Shown: positions 43,504 to 55,141, numbered from the stretch's first letter. The stretch: 64,000 nt of DNA from Pseudomonas sp. (GCA_051646165.1 JBOFCR010000062.1:785-64784); one strand, 5' to 3'. Program-made: numbers and translations. Notes: generated by a model from the letters alone, not told the origin.

Positions 43504-43533
43504 TCATGAAATTTCTTATTAGAAAGTTCATGA
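43504..43533. promoter_or_regulatory. Putative operator of the amine-catabolism operon
   Basis: TCATGAAATTTCT-tatt-AGAAAGTTCATGA, 12/13 inverted repeat 8 bp upstream of the first ATG. Confidence 0.6.
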
Positions 43534-43624
43534 AAAATTACACGATAAAATTCACAAGGCCAAGCCTTTTGCGCCAAGGCCCGGGCCAGAGCCTGCGCCT
43601 GACCTTCTTATAGCCTTCTGCGCC

Positions 43625-44530
43625 TCAGCGGGCGATCCAGGGCTGCCGCGCCAGCTGTTCGGCCAGGTAGTCGAGGAAGCACTGGATGCGCGAGGCCAGC
43701 GCGGTGTTGCGGTAGTACACCGCGTTGATCGGCTGGCGCAAGTCCAGGGTCTGTTCGTCCAGCACCTGCACCAGGGCCCCGCTGGCGCGATCGGGGCTGG
43801 TCATGAAGTCCGACATGTAGGCGATGCCGGCGCCGGCCAGGGCCAGCTGGCGCAGGGTCTCGCCGCTGGAGGCGCGGATCTGCGGGACGACGGCCAGGTT
43901 GTCGCCGAGCGGGTGGTGCAGCGGCCACAGGTTGAGGCTGTCCGGCTGGGTGAAGCCGAGCAGGCTGTGCTGCTCCAGCTCCGCCACGCTGCCGGGCGTG
44001 CCGTGGGTGGCCAGATAGCCCGGGCTGGCCAGCAGGCGCAGACGGTTACTGCCCAGCGGCCGCGCATGCAGGCTGGAGTCGCGCAGGGTGCCGAGGCGAA
44101 TGGCCAGGTCGGTGCGCTGCTCCAGCAGGTCGATGTACTGGTCGTTGCTGGTCAGCTCCAGCTCGATCTGCGGGAAACGCTGGCGAAACCCGGCCACCAG
44201 CGGCACCAGCACATGCAGCATGAAGGGCGAGGCGGCATCGACCCGCAGGCGCCCGGCGGGTAGCTGGCGGCGCAGGGCCATCTGCTCCTCGGCCTCCTCG
44301 ACGCTGGCGAGAATGCGCCGCGCCTGGGCAAGCAAGGCCGCGCCCTCTTCGGTCAGCTCCAGGCGCCGGGTGGTGCGGCGCAGCAAGGTGACTTCGAGCT
44401 TGTCCTCCAGCCGGCTGAGCGCCCGGCTGACTCCCGAGGCAGTCTGCCCGAGGTGCTCGGCGGCGCTGCTGATCGAGCCGCTGTCGACTACGTTGGTGAA
44501 GGCGAGCAATTCGTCGAGGGTGGTTTTCAT
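43625..44530 (-). CDS. LysR-family transcriptional regulator (YafC/DmlR-like)
   Basis: SGVSRALSRLEDKL, LLRRTTRRLELTEEG, DLAIR. Confidence 0.92.
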   Translation of the reverse strand: MKTTLDELLAFTNVVDSGSISSAAEHLGQTASGVSRALSRLEDKLEVTLLRRTTRRLELTEEGAALLAQARRILASVEEAEEQMALRRQLPAGRLRVDAASPFMLHVLVPLVAGFRQRFPQIELELTSNDQYIDLLEQRTDLAIRLGTLRDSSLHARPLGSNRLRLLASPGYLATHGTPGSVAELEQHSLLGFTQPDSLNLWPLHHPLGDNLAVVPQIRASSGETLRQLALAGAGIAYMSDFMTSPDRASGALVQVLDEQTLDLRQPINAVYYRNTALASRIQCFLDYLAEQLARQPWIAR

Positions 44531-44571
44531 GGCGCTGCCGGTGTGTGGAGCCTGCACTCATGATCGCACGG

Positions 44572-44594
44572 CAAATATCTAGGGTAGATATTTG
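44572..44594. promoter_or_regulatory. Palindrome in the divergent LysR / dioxygenase promoter region
   Basis: CAAATATCTA-ggg-TAGATATTTG, perfect 10-bp inverted repeat. Confidence 0.5.
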
Positions 44595-44760
44595 ATTCCA
44601 TACGCCGGAAGCGTGGCATTTCTACTTTTGCCGTGGGGCTCTATCAGCGCGGCTCACGTTATCTGATGAAGCAAATTGGCGAATCTGCTTAGATGCCGGT
44701 CATATAGACAGCATCTGCCCCCAGTTGGTGGATGTGGGAATGATCGGGAGAGGGCGCGGC

Positions 44761-45783
44761 ATGCTTAGCGAGCAGCAATGGGATGAGTTCGAGCAGCAGG
44801 GTTTTATCCATCTTGGCCGCCTGCTCGACGCCGATGCAATAGCCGCGCTGACCCGGCGCGCGGATGATTTGGCCAGTGGTGTGCAGGTCAATCCTGCAGT
44901 GCAGCTGCAGCTGGATACGGGCGGCGACTACGACGCCCTGCCGGCAGCGGTCAGCCAGCTGGCTACAGGCACGCACCTTTACCGCAAGGTGCAGGGGCTG
45001 GAGAACGACGAGCTGTTCGCTCCCCTGGTGCAGCACCCGCTGTTCGGCGAGATCTGCGCCCACCTCTATGGTTCCCATGCCCCGGTCTCGCTGTTTCGCG
45101 CGATGATCATGAACAAGCCGGCCGGCCAGGGCACCTACCTGCCCTGGCACCAGGACGGTGGCGACGTGTGGGCGCTGGATCGCGATCCGCTGGTGACCAT
45201 CTGGGTCGCGCTGGATCCGGCTACCCGCACCAACGGCTGCGTCGAGGTGATTCCCGGCTCCCACCGCCTGGGTCTGCTCAGCGCCCACGGCAGCACCCTG
45301 AGTGCGGATGACATGCAGCGTCATTGTCCCGCGGAACAGGTGTTGCCGCTGGAGCTCGAAGCCGGACATGGTTTGCTGCTGCACAACTGGCTGATCCATC
45401 GCTCGGGTATCAATCCGTCCAATCAGCCGCGTCGTGCCTTCACGGCCTGCTACATGGATGGGCGCACGCGCAGCGTGCTGACCGGCAACCATTTCCCGCT
45501 GGTCTCCGGCGCATTGGATGAGGCGCCGCACCATTACGTGCGCCAGCTGCATACCGACCTGGCCGCCCTGCGCCATTCCCAGGGTGTGGCCGAGGAGTAC
45601 GCGCACTCTCTGGAAGCAGAGGTGGCACGCCTGCGTAGCAAGGTGAGTGAGGTGGAGGCCTATGCCAAGAGCCTGGAGCAGGAGCGCGCCAGTCGCTCGC
45701 CGGATACAGCCCCGGCTCCGATCCCGGAGCGCCGTGGCCTGATGTCCAGGGTGGCGGATGCGCTAGGGTCGCGCTCGCGGTGA
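44761..45783 (+). CDS. PhyH-family 2-oxoglutarate/Fe(II) dioxygenase with C-terminal coiled coil
   Basis: WHQD (HxD), TIWVALD, GCVEVIPGSH, IHRSG-N...RRA; helical tail. Confidence 0.82.
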   Translation: MLSEQQWDEFEQQGFIHLGRLLDADAIAALTRRADDLASGVQVNPAVQLQLDTGGDYDALPAAVSQLATGTHLYRKVQGLENDELFAPLVQHPLFGEICAHLYGSHAPVSLFRAMIMNKPAGQGTYLPWHQDGGDVWALDRDPLVTIWVALDPATRTNGCVEVIPGSHRLGLLSAHGSTLSADDMQRHCPAEQVLPLELEAGHGLLLHNWLIHRSGINPSNQPRRAFTACYMDGRTRSVLTGNHFPLVSGALDEAPHHYVRQLHTDLAALRHSQGVAEEYAHSLEAEVARLRSKVSEVEAYAKSLEQERASRSPDTAPAPIPERRGLMSRVADALGSRSR

Positions 45784-47432
45784 GCGCGCCACCACCGCCC
45801 CTCATCAAGAGCATTGGCCATGTCCTGCTGATTGGCGACCTGGCTGGGCCCGAGCATTTCCATGTCGGCGACGAGGCGATGCTCGAATGCAACCTGCAGA
45901 TGCTGCGCCGTCTGTTGCCGGCGGCCAGTTTCAGTCTGGTCTCGCGCAACCCGGCTGCCAGTGCCGATCTGTACGGCACCAGGGCCGTTGCGCGGCCCGG
46001 CTTTTCCACGGTCTCCGCCGACCGGCAAGCGGAATTGCATCAGATAGACCACTGGCTGGAGTTGGCCGGGCAACAACCCGAGCAACTGCCAGAGGCCCTG
46101 CAAGCTTTGTTGCAGGCGGATCTGCTGGTGATCTCCGGTGGCGGCAATCTGTCCAGCACCTGGCCCGAGTACATCCTCGAGCGCCTGGCCCTGGTGCGCC
46201 TGGCCCGTCAGCAAGGCATTCCGCTGCTGGTGTTCGGCCAGACCCTGGGGCCGCAGCTGGATGAGGTCGATCGCGCCTTGGTCAGCGAAATTCTCATGGC
46301 GGCGCAGTGGGTTGGTCTGCGCGAGGCCGGCTCGGTTGCTCAGGCACTAGAGCTGGGTGTGCCGCTGGCTAACATCGATTATCAGCTGGACGACGCCATG
46401 GCCTTGGCTCCTCGCCCAAGCGCTCTATTGGCGTCGGCCTGGGCAGAGGAGGCGAATCGTGGCCCGCTGATTGCCTTGACCTTGCATCCGCTGTTTGTTG
46501 GTGCGGAGCGTGAGTGTTGGCTGAATGACGTGGCGGCGGAGCTGGATCAGGTGGTGGCCGAGTTGGACGCGCGTCTGCTGTTCATCCCCCATGTGCGCGA
46601 CCAGCAGGAGAGTGGCGATGCGGGTGATCGGGCGGTTGGTCTGGCTCTGGCTGCGCGACTGCAGCAGCCGGCGGCAATGTCCGTGCTCGACGTGCAGGGG
46701 AGCGGCGAAACTGCCTGGCTCACCCAGCAGGCTGATCTGGTGGTCAGCTCGCGTTATCACCCACTGGTATTCGCCCTGGCCCGCCAGCGGCCCTGCCTGG
46801 GCCTGCCAACAGACCATTACACCCTGATCAAGCTGCAGGGTGCGCTGAGTCATGCGGGTTGCGAGGCCGATCTACTGGTGATTCGCGACAGGCGTTGGGA
46901 TGGGCTGGGGCGTCGCATCATCGCGCAGATCCGTGCCGCTAGCATTGACTCTCAGGATCGGTACTGGTCGACCAGGCTGGAGCAACATGGCAGGGATCGC
47001 GAGCAGCGCCTGGCAGCCTGGTTGTACAAACAGCAGCAGCCCCCTGCTCACGACAATACCGAGCTGGTACTGGCCCTGGCTCGCCTGCTTGATGGGGCGG
47101 CGCAGACTCGTCTGGCCCTGGCGCGTGAGGCGGAATTGCGTGATGCCATCGAGCACTGGCAGCAGAGCGCCCAGGAGGCCGAGACCTATGCACTGGATCT
47201 GGTGGCCGGGCTGCGCCGGGAAACCGATGAGAGTGCCAGTTTGCGTGTTGCGCTTGAAGCGAGCTTACGGCGTGCTGAGTTGGCGGAGCGCTATGCCCAG
47301 GGGCTTGAAGCGGCCCGTCAGAGCGAAGCAGCGCAATATGCGCGCAACCTGGCGCTGGAGCGCAGTGGTCGAGCGAAAACCTTGCTCAGGCTGCGGCGCC
47401 TGATGCGCCGGCTGTCCCGTAGCTCGCGCTGA
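45780..47432 (+). CDS. Polysaccharide pyruvyl transferase family protein with C-terminal coiled coil
   Basis: HVGDEAM, SGGGNL, GQTLGP, LREAGS, SSRYH; overlaps the upstream stop (GTGA). Confidence 0.8.
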   Translation: MSAPPPPLIKSIGHVLLIGDLAGPEHFHVGDEAMLECNLQMLRRLLPAASFSLVSRNPAASADLYGTRAVARPGFSTVSADRQAELHQIDHWLELAGQQPEQLPEALQALLQADLLVISGGGNLSSTWPEYILERLALVRLARQQGIPLLVFGQTLGPQLDEVDRALVSEILMAAQWVGLREAGSVAQALELGVPLANIDYQLDDAMALAPRPSALLASAWAEEANRGPLIALTLHPLFVGAERECWLNDVAAELDQVVAELDARLLFIPHVRDQQESGDAGDRAVGLALAARLQQPAAMSVLDVQGSGETAWLTQQADLVVSSRYHPLVFALARQRPCLGLPTDHYTLIKLQGALSHAGCEADLLVIRDRRWDGLGRRIIAQIRAASIDSQDRYWSTRLEQHGRDREQRLAAWLYKQQQPPAHDNTELVLALARLLDGAAQTRLALAREAELRDAIEHWQQSAQEAETYALDLVAGLRRETDESASLRVALEASLRRAELAERYAQGLEAARQSEAAQYARNLALERSGRAKTLLRLRRLMRRLSRSSR

Positions 47433-47461
47433 TAACACTGTCTGCATCTGCAGGCGCGATC

Positions 47462-48754
47462 CTACTGAGCCGGTTGTTTCAGTGTTCTCCGCTCCAGGCG
47501 GCTCGTCAGCCAGCGCAGCGGTGCGGTAATCCGCCATGAGCGGCTCGAATGAATAAGCCTCAGTCGTTCTTGGGCATAAGCAAGCTGGGCCTGTGTATCG
47601 GCCAGCAGATCTTGTGCATGCCATAGCTGGATCTGGGTGGAATCTGCTCGCGCTGCGTGTTCGGCGGCCTGGCGTTCACGGAAAATGGCGTTGATGAAGG
47701 TCTGTGCGACGCGCTGCTGTCTCTCCAGTTCAAGTTGTACCTCCAGCGCTGTTGCCGTGCTGGCGGCAACAGGTATCGGTCCCGTGCTGTAGGCCTTGGC
47801 CAGTAGCGCGTCAAGGTCGAAGAAGGCCAGTGGTTGTGCGGCGCAGGTGGTGACCAGAATGCCATGCGCGGCCTGGATATCCAGGCCCTTTGGACCGCCT
47901 TCCTGAGGGTTGCCATCACTACCCCGACGAAACACCTCGTCGTCCATCACTTGCAGGCTTATGCACGGGTCGTAGATGCCCTGCCAGTGGCCGTCGGTCT
48001 GGGCATAAACATGCACATAGGGTGCACCGGCATCCGTCATCAGCACATAACGGTCATCGTCACTGATGCGCAGGCCATGGGGATACGTTGCCCCGCGCAA
48101 CACCGCCACAGGGTCCGCTTCTGTATTCAGGCTGCTGTCATTGGCGTAGAGCAGGCCACTCTGCGTGCTATGGCTGCTGACGGCCAGCCAGCGCCGGTTG
48201 CGGCTGATGCTGATGCCATCCGGCATTTCCAGCCACTTGTCCACCAGCATGTGTTCTTCAGTGATGGCGTAGCCCTGCTCGGCATCAATCAGATGCCGCG
48301 ATACCTGATGGCCTATGGTGCGGCAGACCAGTAGTTCGTATTGGCTTGGGCTCAGCCGCGAGACAACTACCGATCCCGGACCCTGCATGGCCCACTTCTC
48401 GGTCGAGAAGCGCTGGATTAACGGTAATTCATCGCCATTGCGGATATCTGCCGGCAGGTGAAACAGGCATAGATCACCATCGCGATTGGCTACCGCGAGC
48501 GTTTCGTTATCGAGGAAATCCAGGCCGTGGGGATATTGCAGATGGCTGGAGACCAGAAATGCACCCGCACTCAGGTGAATCTGTTTGCCGGCGCTGGTGT
48601 GCAGTATCTCGATATCGAAAACGAAGATCTGATCGCGACTGATCGAGGTCAGGGCGAGGCGCCGGTAATCGGGGGAGAAGCGCAGATCCTCGGTGCGCTG
48701 GATGATGGCGAGGAGATCCAGTACTGCCGGCGTGGCGGAGAAGCCGAGTTGCAT
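47462..48754 (-). CDS. Beta-propeller protein with coiled coil and SRSWRITAPLR tail
   Basis: Repeated YPHG/MPDG/YPHG/GPKG blade motifs; C-terminal IHSSRSWRITAPLRWL. Confidence 0.7.
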   Translation of the reverse strand: MQLGFSATPAVLDLLAIIQRTEDLRFSPDYRRLALTSISRDQIFVFDIEILHTSAGKQIHLSAGAFLVSSHLQYPHGLDFLDNETLAVANRDGDLCLFHLPADIRNGDELPLIQRFSTEKWAMQGPGSVVVSRLSPSQYELLVCRTIGHQVSRHLIDAEQGYAITEEHMLVDKWLEMPDGISISRNRRWLAVSSHSTQSGLLYANDSSLNTEADPVAVLRGATYPHGLRISDDDRYVLMTDAGAPYVHVYAQTDGHWQGIYDPCISLQVMDDEVFRRGSDGNPQEGGPKGLDIQAAHGILVTTCAAQPLAFFDLDALLAKAYSTGPIPVAASTATALEVQLELERQQRVAQTFINAIFRERQAAEHAARADSTQIQLWHAQDLLADTQAQLAYAQERLRLIHSSRSWRITAPLRWLTSRLERRTLKQPAQ

Positions 48755-48823
48755 ATCGCTATCCGTGAATGATGAGCCGTGATCTTTTGCAGGCTCGCAG
48801 GGAATGGTCGCGAGGACACAAAG

Positions 48824-48849
48824 CAAAAGCCGCCCTAGGGCGGCTTTTG
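48824..48849. terminator. trpBA terminator
   Basis: CAAAAGCCGCCC-ta-GGGCGGCTTTTG. Confidence 0.75.
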
Positions 48850-48863
48850 AGTGCTGGCGATGG

Positions 48864-49672
48864 TCAGCCGCGCGCGCCGCGCACCCCTTCGGCCAGCTGG
48901 CGGCACAGGCCGAGTACGCCGTCCACGGCTTGCTGGTCGTTCTGCGCATTGGCGATCTGGTCGATCAGCGCCGAGCCGACCACCACGCCGTCGGCCAGGC
49001 GGGCGATGGTCGCCGCGTGTTCCGGGGTGCGGATGCCGAAGCCGATGCTGATCGGCAGGTCGGTGTGGCGGCGCAGGCGGGCCACGGCTTCCTGCACGTG
49101 CTCGATGGTCGCGCTGCCCGAGCCGGTCACGCCGGCCACCGAGACGTAGTAGACGAAGCCGGAGCTGCCGTTGAGCACGGTGGGCAGGCGCTGGTCGTCG
49201 GTGGTCGGGGTGGTCAGGCGGATGAAGTCGAGGCCGGCGGCCTGGGCCGGGTCGCACAGGTCGACGTTATGTTCCGGCGGCAGGTCGACCACGATCAGGC
49301 CGTCCACGCCGGCTTCCTTGGCGTCGGCGATAAAGCGCGGCACGCCGTAGTAGTGGATCGGGTTGAAATAGCCCATCAGCACCAGCGGAGTGGTCTGGTT
49401 CTCGGCGCGGAACTCGCGAACCATCTGCAGGGTTTTCGCCAGGTTCTGCTTGGCCGCCAGGGCGCGGATGTTGGCCAGCTGGATGGCCGGGCCGTCGGCC
49501 ATCGGGTCGGTGAACGGCATGCCCAGCTCGATCACGTCGGCGCCAGCGTCCGGCAGGCCCTTGAGGATGGCCAGGGAGGCGTCGTAGTGGGGGTCGCCGG
49601 CGGTGACGAAGGTCACCAGGGCGGCGCGGTTCTGTTGTTTCAGCTCGGCAAATCGGCTTTGCAGACGGCTCA

Positions 49673-49673
<1 letters not shown>
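48864..49673 (-). CDS. trpA: Tryptophan synthase alpha chain
   Basis: [37 protein letters not shown]. Confidence 0.97.
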
Positions 49674-50932
<1,259 letters not shown>

Positions 50933-51035
50933 TCAGTTTACGGCTGGACAGCGGTGGAGAAAAACCGATAATTCCGTCAGAAACTGTGAGATTTAATCAA
51001 TTATCTATAAGGCATCTAGGACAAGGAGTGTACCG

Positions 51036-51704
51036 ATGAGAATGGCCTGGCTTTGGCTTTTTCCGCTGATCGGCGTGGCGTTGTTGGCGGGTGCAGTGGC
51101 GGTTCAGGTACACCGCGTGGGCGACCAGGCCAACATGTTGGCCGCCACCGGCACGGTGACCGATATCGCCGGCGGTTGCCCGACCATTGAGTTTTCAACG
51201 GTTAATGGTGATGCCGTGAGCTTCCGTGGCGGGGTCTGCAGCAACCCGCCGAGCTTCGATATTGGCGAACCGGCGGCGGTGCTCTACGACGCGGCCAACC
51301 CCAGCCACGCCCAACTCGATAGCTTCATGGAGAACTGGTTTGCCAGCCTGATACTGGGCGGCATCGGCGCGCTGTTCACCCTGCTTGGTCTGGTCTTCGT
51401 ACTGCCTCCGCTATTTGCCAAGCGCCGCGCCGCCGAACTGAGCGTCAGCGGCCAGCCGGTGTTTGCCGACCTGGTCAGCGTGCGCCTCAACGAGTCGCTC
51501 AGCGTCAACGGCGTGCACCCGTGGAAGATCGACGCGCAGTGGCTGAACCCGGCGACCAACAAGCTACATCTGTTTTCCAGCGACAACCTGTGGTTTGACC
51601 CCAGCCCCTACATTACCCAGCAGCAGGTACGCGTGTTGATCGACCCGCAGAAGCCCAAGCGCTACAGCATGGATACCAGCTTCCTGCCGGAACTGGCGGA
51701 CTGA
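51036..51704 (+). CDS. DUF3592-like membrane protein
   Basis: RBS AAGGAG; TM helix - beta domain (VLYDAANPSHAQLD) - TM helix - second beta domain; stop 3 bp before trpI. Confidence 0.7.
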   Translation: MRMAWLWLFPLIGVALLAGAVAVQVHRVGDQANMLAATGTVTDIAGGCPTIEFSTVNGDAVSFRGGVCSNPPSFDIGEPAAVLYDAANPSHAQLDSFMENWFASLILGGIGALFTLLGLVFVLPPLFAKRRAAELSVSGQPVFADLVSVRLNESLSVNGVHPWKIDAQWLNPATNKLHLFSSDNLWFDPSPYITQQQVRVLIDPQKPKRYSMDTSFLPELAD

Positions 51705-51707
51705 GCC

Positions 51708-52595
51708 ATGAGCCAGGAACTGCCGTCGCTCAACGCCCTGCACGCCTTCGAGGCCGTCGCCCGTCTGCACAGCGTCAGCCGTGCGGCGGATGAGCTGCAC
51801 GTGACCCACGGGGCGGTGAGCCGGCAGATCAAGACCCTGGAGGAACAGCTCGGCGTCGCCCTGTTCGTCAAGGAAGGCCGTGGCCTGCGCCCCAGCGACG
51901 CCGGCCTGCGCCTGCGCGATGCCGCCAGCGAGGCCTTCGAGCGCCTGCGCGGGGCCTGTGCCGAACTGCGCCGGCAAGGCCAGGATGCGCCCTTCGTCCT
52001 GGCCTGCCCGGGCAGCCTGCTGGCGCGCTGGTTTATCCCGCGCCTGGATCGGCTCAATCGCGAACTGCCGGAGCTGCGCCTGCAGCTGTCCGCCAGCGAA
52101 GGCGAACTCGACCCACGCCGCCCCGGGGTGGATGCCACCCTGTGCTTCGCCGCGCCGCCCTGGCCGGCGGACATGCAGGTGTTCGAGCTGGCTGCCGAGC
52201 GCATCGGTGCGGTGCTCAGCCCGCGTTACGGCCGCCATGCTGCGCTGGCTGCGGCATCGGCCAGCGCCTTGCTTGGCGAACCCCTGCTGCATACTGCGTC
52301 GCGCCCGCAAGCCTGGCCGCAGTGGGCGCAGGCCCATGGGCTGGACGCGCGCCAGCTGCAGCTCGGGCAAGGCTTCGAACACCTGTATTACCTGCTGGAG
52401 GCGGCAGCGGCGGGGCTGGGCGTGGCCATCGCGCCGCAGCAGCTGGTAGCCGATGACCTGGCCGCCGGGCGCCTGGTGGCACCCTGGGGCTTTGTCGAAA
52501 CCTCGGCGCGGTTGGCCTTGTGGGTGCCGGGGCGCAGCCGCGATGGGCGGGCCGAGCGTCTGGCGCAATGGCTGCGTCAGGAGCTGGGCGGCTGA
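51708..52595 (+). CDS. trpI: LysR-family activator of trpBA
   Basis: [36 protein letters not shown]; position between trpB and dodecin. Confidence 0.9.
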   Translation: MSQELPSLNALHAFEAVARLHSVSRAADELHVTHGAVSRQIKTLEEQLGVALFVKEGRGLRPSDAGLRLRDAASEAFERLRGACAELRRQGQDAPFVLACPGSLLARWFIPRLDRLNRELPELRLQLSASEGELDPRRPGVDATLCFAAPPWPADMQVFELAAERIGAVLSPRYGRHAALAAASASALLGEPLLHTASRPQAWPQWAQAHGLDARQLQLGQGFEHLYYLLEAAAAGLGVAIAPQQLVADDLAAGRLVAPWGFVETSARLALWVPGRSRDGRAERLAQWLRQELGG

Positions 52596-52642
52596 ATCTC
52601 GTCTAGCCTCAGACATGAGCCTTACTGCCTGAGGAACCTGCC

Positions 52643-52858
52643 ATGTCCGATCACCACACCTACAAGAAAATCGAAGTCGTCGGCTCGTCGAAGACCAGCA
52701 TCGAAGACGCGATCAACAACGCCCTGGCCGAATGCGCCAAGTCCGTGCGCAACATGGACTGGTTCGAAGTCACCGAAACCCGCGGGCATATCGATGGCGG
52801 CAAGGTCGGCCACTATCAGGTCACCCTCAAGGTTGGTTTCCGCATCGGCAATAGCTGA
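52643..52858 (+). CDS. Dodecin family flavin-binding protein
   Basis: YKKIEVVGSS, WFEV, YQVTLKVGF. Confidence 0.92.
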   Translation: MSDHHTYKKIEVVGSSKTSIEDAINNALAECAKSVRNMDWFEVTETRGHIDGGKVGHYQVTLKVGFRIGNS

Positions 52859-52873
52859 GAACCCGCCCAAAGT

Positions 52874-52993
52874 CTGCTGCGCGTCGGCCCTGCTGCGTTG
52901 AGATCGGGCCCTAGCCCGCAAGGCTTTGCACAGGTTTCGAGGCCGGGCGGAACTCTCCGCCACCTTGCGCTAGGCTGCCTGAGTCTGGCCGCG
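52874..52993. repeat. Degenerate dispersed palindromic/MITE-like repeat, copy 2
   Basis: CTGCTGCGCGTCGGCCCTGCTGCGTTGAGATCGGGC aligns with 38128-38162. Confidence 0.5.
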
Positions 52994-53093
52994 TGGCGCT
53001 GGAGTTCGAACAAGAGCGCGCGCCTTTCCGTCTGGGGTGGTTTGCCCCGCCATGGCTCACTTGAGCCGCTTGCACAACGAAGGAGCGTGACCG

Positions 53094-53318
53094 ATGAAAC
53101 GACTGATGCTGGGCATCGCCCTGTTCTCCCTGGCCGGTTCGGCCCTGGCCGCCGGCAAGCCGTGCGAGGAGCTCAAGGCGGAAATCGACGCCAAGCTCAA
53201 GGCTAAGGGCGTGGCGGCCTACAGCCTGGAAGTGGTGGACAAGGGCAGCGTGACCGACAAGACCGTGGTCGGCAGTTGCGACAAGGGCAGCAAGGAAATC
53301 GTCTACCAGCGCGGCTGA
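53094..53318 (+). CDS. DUF1161 family small secreted protein
   Basis: Signal peptide; [14 protein letters not shown]...[16 protein letters not shown]. Confidence 0.85.
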   Translation: MKRLMLGIALFSLAGSALAAGKPCEELKAEIDAKLKAKGVAAYSLEVVDKGSVTDKTVVGSCDKGSKEIVYQRG

Positions 53319-53337
53319 ACCCGCGCCGCGTGACCCG

Positions 53338-53370
53338 GGCCGGAGCCTCTGCAAGGAGCTCCGGCCTTTT
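53338..53370 (+). terminator. Intrinsic terminator
   Basis: GGCCGGAGC...GCTCCGGCC then TTTT. Confidence 0.65.
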
Positions 53371-53454
53371 CATTGGCGTAGTCGGCAATCGGCGAACGGG
53401 GATTGCCTTTCTCGACAACGGCCCCATAAAGGACTGACGACCCCAGGAGGCTGT

Positions 53455-54474
53455 ATGAGCACGCTGTCCACCACCCCTTTCTCGATCCTCGACCTGGCGC
53501 CAATGCGCGACGACGACGGTGGTCCGGCGCCTGCCCTGCAGCGTTCCCTGGCCCTGGCGCAACACGCCGAGCGCCTGGGCTTCTCGCGCTACTGGGTCGC
53601 CGAACACCACAACATGGAAGGCATCGCCAGCTCGGCCACCGCCGTATTGCTCGGCTACCTGGCCGCCGGCACCTCGACCCTGCGCCTGGGCTCGGGCGGC
53701 ATCATGCTGCCCAACCATGCGCCGCTGGTGGTAGCCGAGCAGTTCGGCACCCTGGCCGCGCTCTACCCCGGGCGCATCGAACTGGGCTTGGGGCGTGCGC
53801 CGGGCGCCGACCAGGCCACCGCCCGCGCCTTGCGCCGCGACCGCCTGGGCAGCGCCGAGGACTTCCCCCAGGATGTCGAGGAACTGCAGGCCCTGCTCGG
53901 CCCGCGCCAGCCGGGGCAACAGGTGATCGCCATGCCCGGCATGGACAGCAACGTGCCGATCTGGCTGCTCGGTTCCAGCCTGTTCAGTGCTCAGCTGGCG
54001 GCGCAGCAGGGTCTGCCTTATGCCTTCGCCTCGCACTTCGCGCCGCGCTATGTGCACCAGGCGCTGCGTATCTACCGGGAAAACTTCCAGCCCTCCAGGG
54101 TGCTGGCCAAGCCCTACGCGATGATCGGCGTACCGCTGGTGGCGGCGCCCACTGACGAGGAAGCCGAATTCCTCGCCACCACCGCCTTCCAGCGCGTGCT
54201 GGCGCTGATGCGCGGGCAGAGCCTGGTGCTGCGTCCGCCGGTGGAATCCATGGCCGGGCGCTGGCAGCCCCACGAGCAGCAGGCGGTTGGCGATTTCCTC
54301 GGCCTGGCGGTGATCGGCGGGCCGGACAAGGTGCGCGCGCGCCTGGAAGTGCTGCTGGAACAGACCGGTGCCGACGAGCTGATCTTCACCTGCGACCTGT
54401 ACCAGCACGAGCACCGCCTGCGCAGCTTCGAGATCGCCGCCGGGCTGCGTGGCCAAGTGGCCGGCAGCTGCTGA
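53455..54474 (+). CDS. Luciferase-like (LLM class) flavin-dependent oxidoreductase
   Basis: [34 protein letters not shown]. Confidence 0.9.
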   Translation: MSTLSTTPFSILDLAPMRDDDGGPAPALQRSLALAQHAERLGFSRYWVAEHHNMEGIASSATAVLLGYLAAGTSTLRLGSGGIMLPNHAPLVVAEQFGTLAALYPGRIELGLGRAPGADQATARALRRDRLGSAEDFPQDVEELQALLGPRQPGQQVIAMPGMDSNVPIWLLGSSLFSAQLAAQQGLPYAFASHFAPRYVHQALRIYRENFQPSRVLAKPYAMIGVPLVAAPTDEEAEFLATTAFQRVLALMRGQSLVLRPPVESMAGRWQPHEQQAVGDFLGLAVIGGPDKVRARLEVLLEQTGADELIFTCDLYQHEHRLRSFEIAAGLRGQVAGSC

Positions 54475-54491
54475 GCCGTAGATACCGTCTT

Positions 54492-54544
54492 GGGTTAGCC
54501 GCGCTTAGCGTGTCCGTGCTTAACGAAAAAGCGCGGCGTAACCC
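54492..54544. repeat. REP-like palindrome between convergent genes
   Basis: GGGTTAGCCGCGCTT ... AAGCGCGGCGTAACCC inverted arms. Confidence 0.6.
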
Positions 54545-54663
54545 GGTGCCTTATGCACACTCTCACGCCCGTGCGGGGTTACTCCGGCGCAAGCCAGTTT
54601 CCAGAACTGACAGCCTGTTGGCGGCTAACCCGCCCTGTTCTGCATGCCGAATCGGCCGGCAGG

Positions 54664-55086
54664 CTAGAAGCTGCCGCAGCGCAGCACGCGGGCGCGGGCC
54701 AGGACGTTGCGCTGCTCGTCGTACAGCCAGCCCTGGGCCCGCATCGCCAGCGGGCGGGCTTCCAGACGGTAGCGCTGGCCGGCGACGAAGTTGTCGTAGC
54801 GCAGCTGCAGGTAGCAGGTGATCTGCATCGGCCCCGAGTTGAGATCACCGGTGCCGCCACCGCCGTTGTTCACATCGAACTGGAAGCGCGCCTCCAGCTC
54901 ATGTACGCCGGGGGCTACCTGGAAGAAGCGCCCGTCGCGCAGGTCGCGACCATCGAGTGTGTGCGCCATCAGCAGGTGGCCCGGCAGGGCATGCAGGTCG
55001 ACCCAGGCCTTTTGCGGATCGGGCGTTGGCAACGGGCTGGCGCAGGCAACCAGGCCGAACAGGCTGCAGAGGAGCAAACGGCGCAT
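54664..55086 (-). CDS. Lipoprotein (PA0061/PA0062-like)
   Basis: MRRLLLCSLFGLVACAS lipobox; DGRFFQVAPGVHELEARF. Confidence 0.7.
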   Translation of the reverse strand: MRRLLLCSLFGLVACASPLPTPDPQKAWVDLHALPGHLLMAHTLDGRDLRDGRFFQVAPGVHELEARFQFDVNNGGGGTGDLNSGPMQITCYLQLRYDNFVAGQRYRLEARPLAMRAQGWLYDEQRNVLARARVLRCGSF

Positions 55087-55141
55087 GGCGGGACTCCGTG
55101 GCGGTGGCGCGGGGCGTGGGCGATGCAATAGGCTCGTGGCC

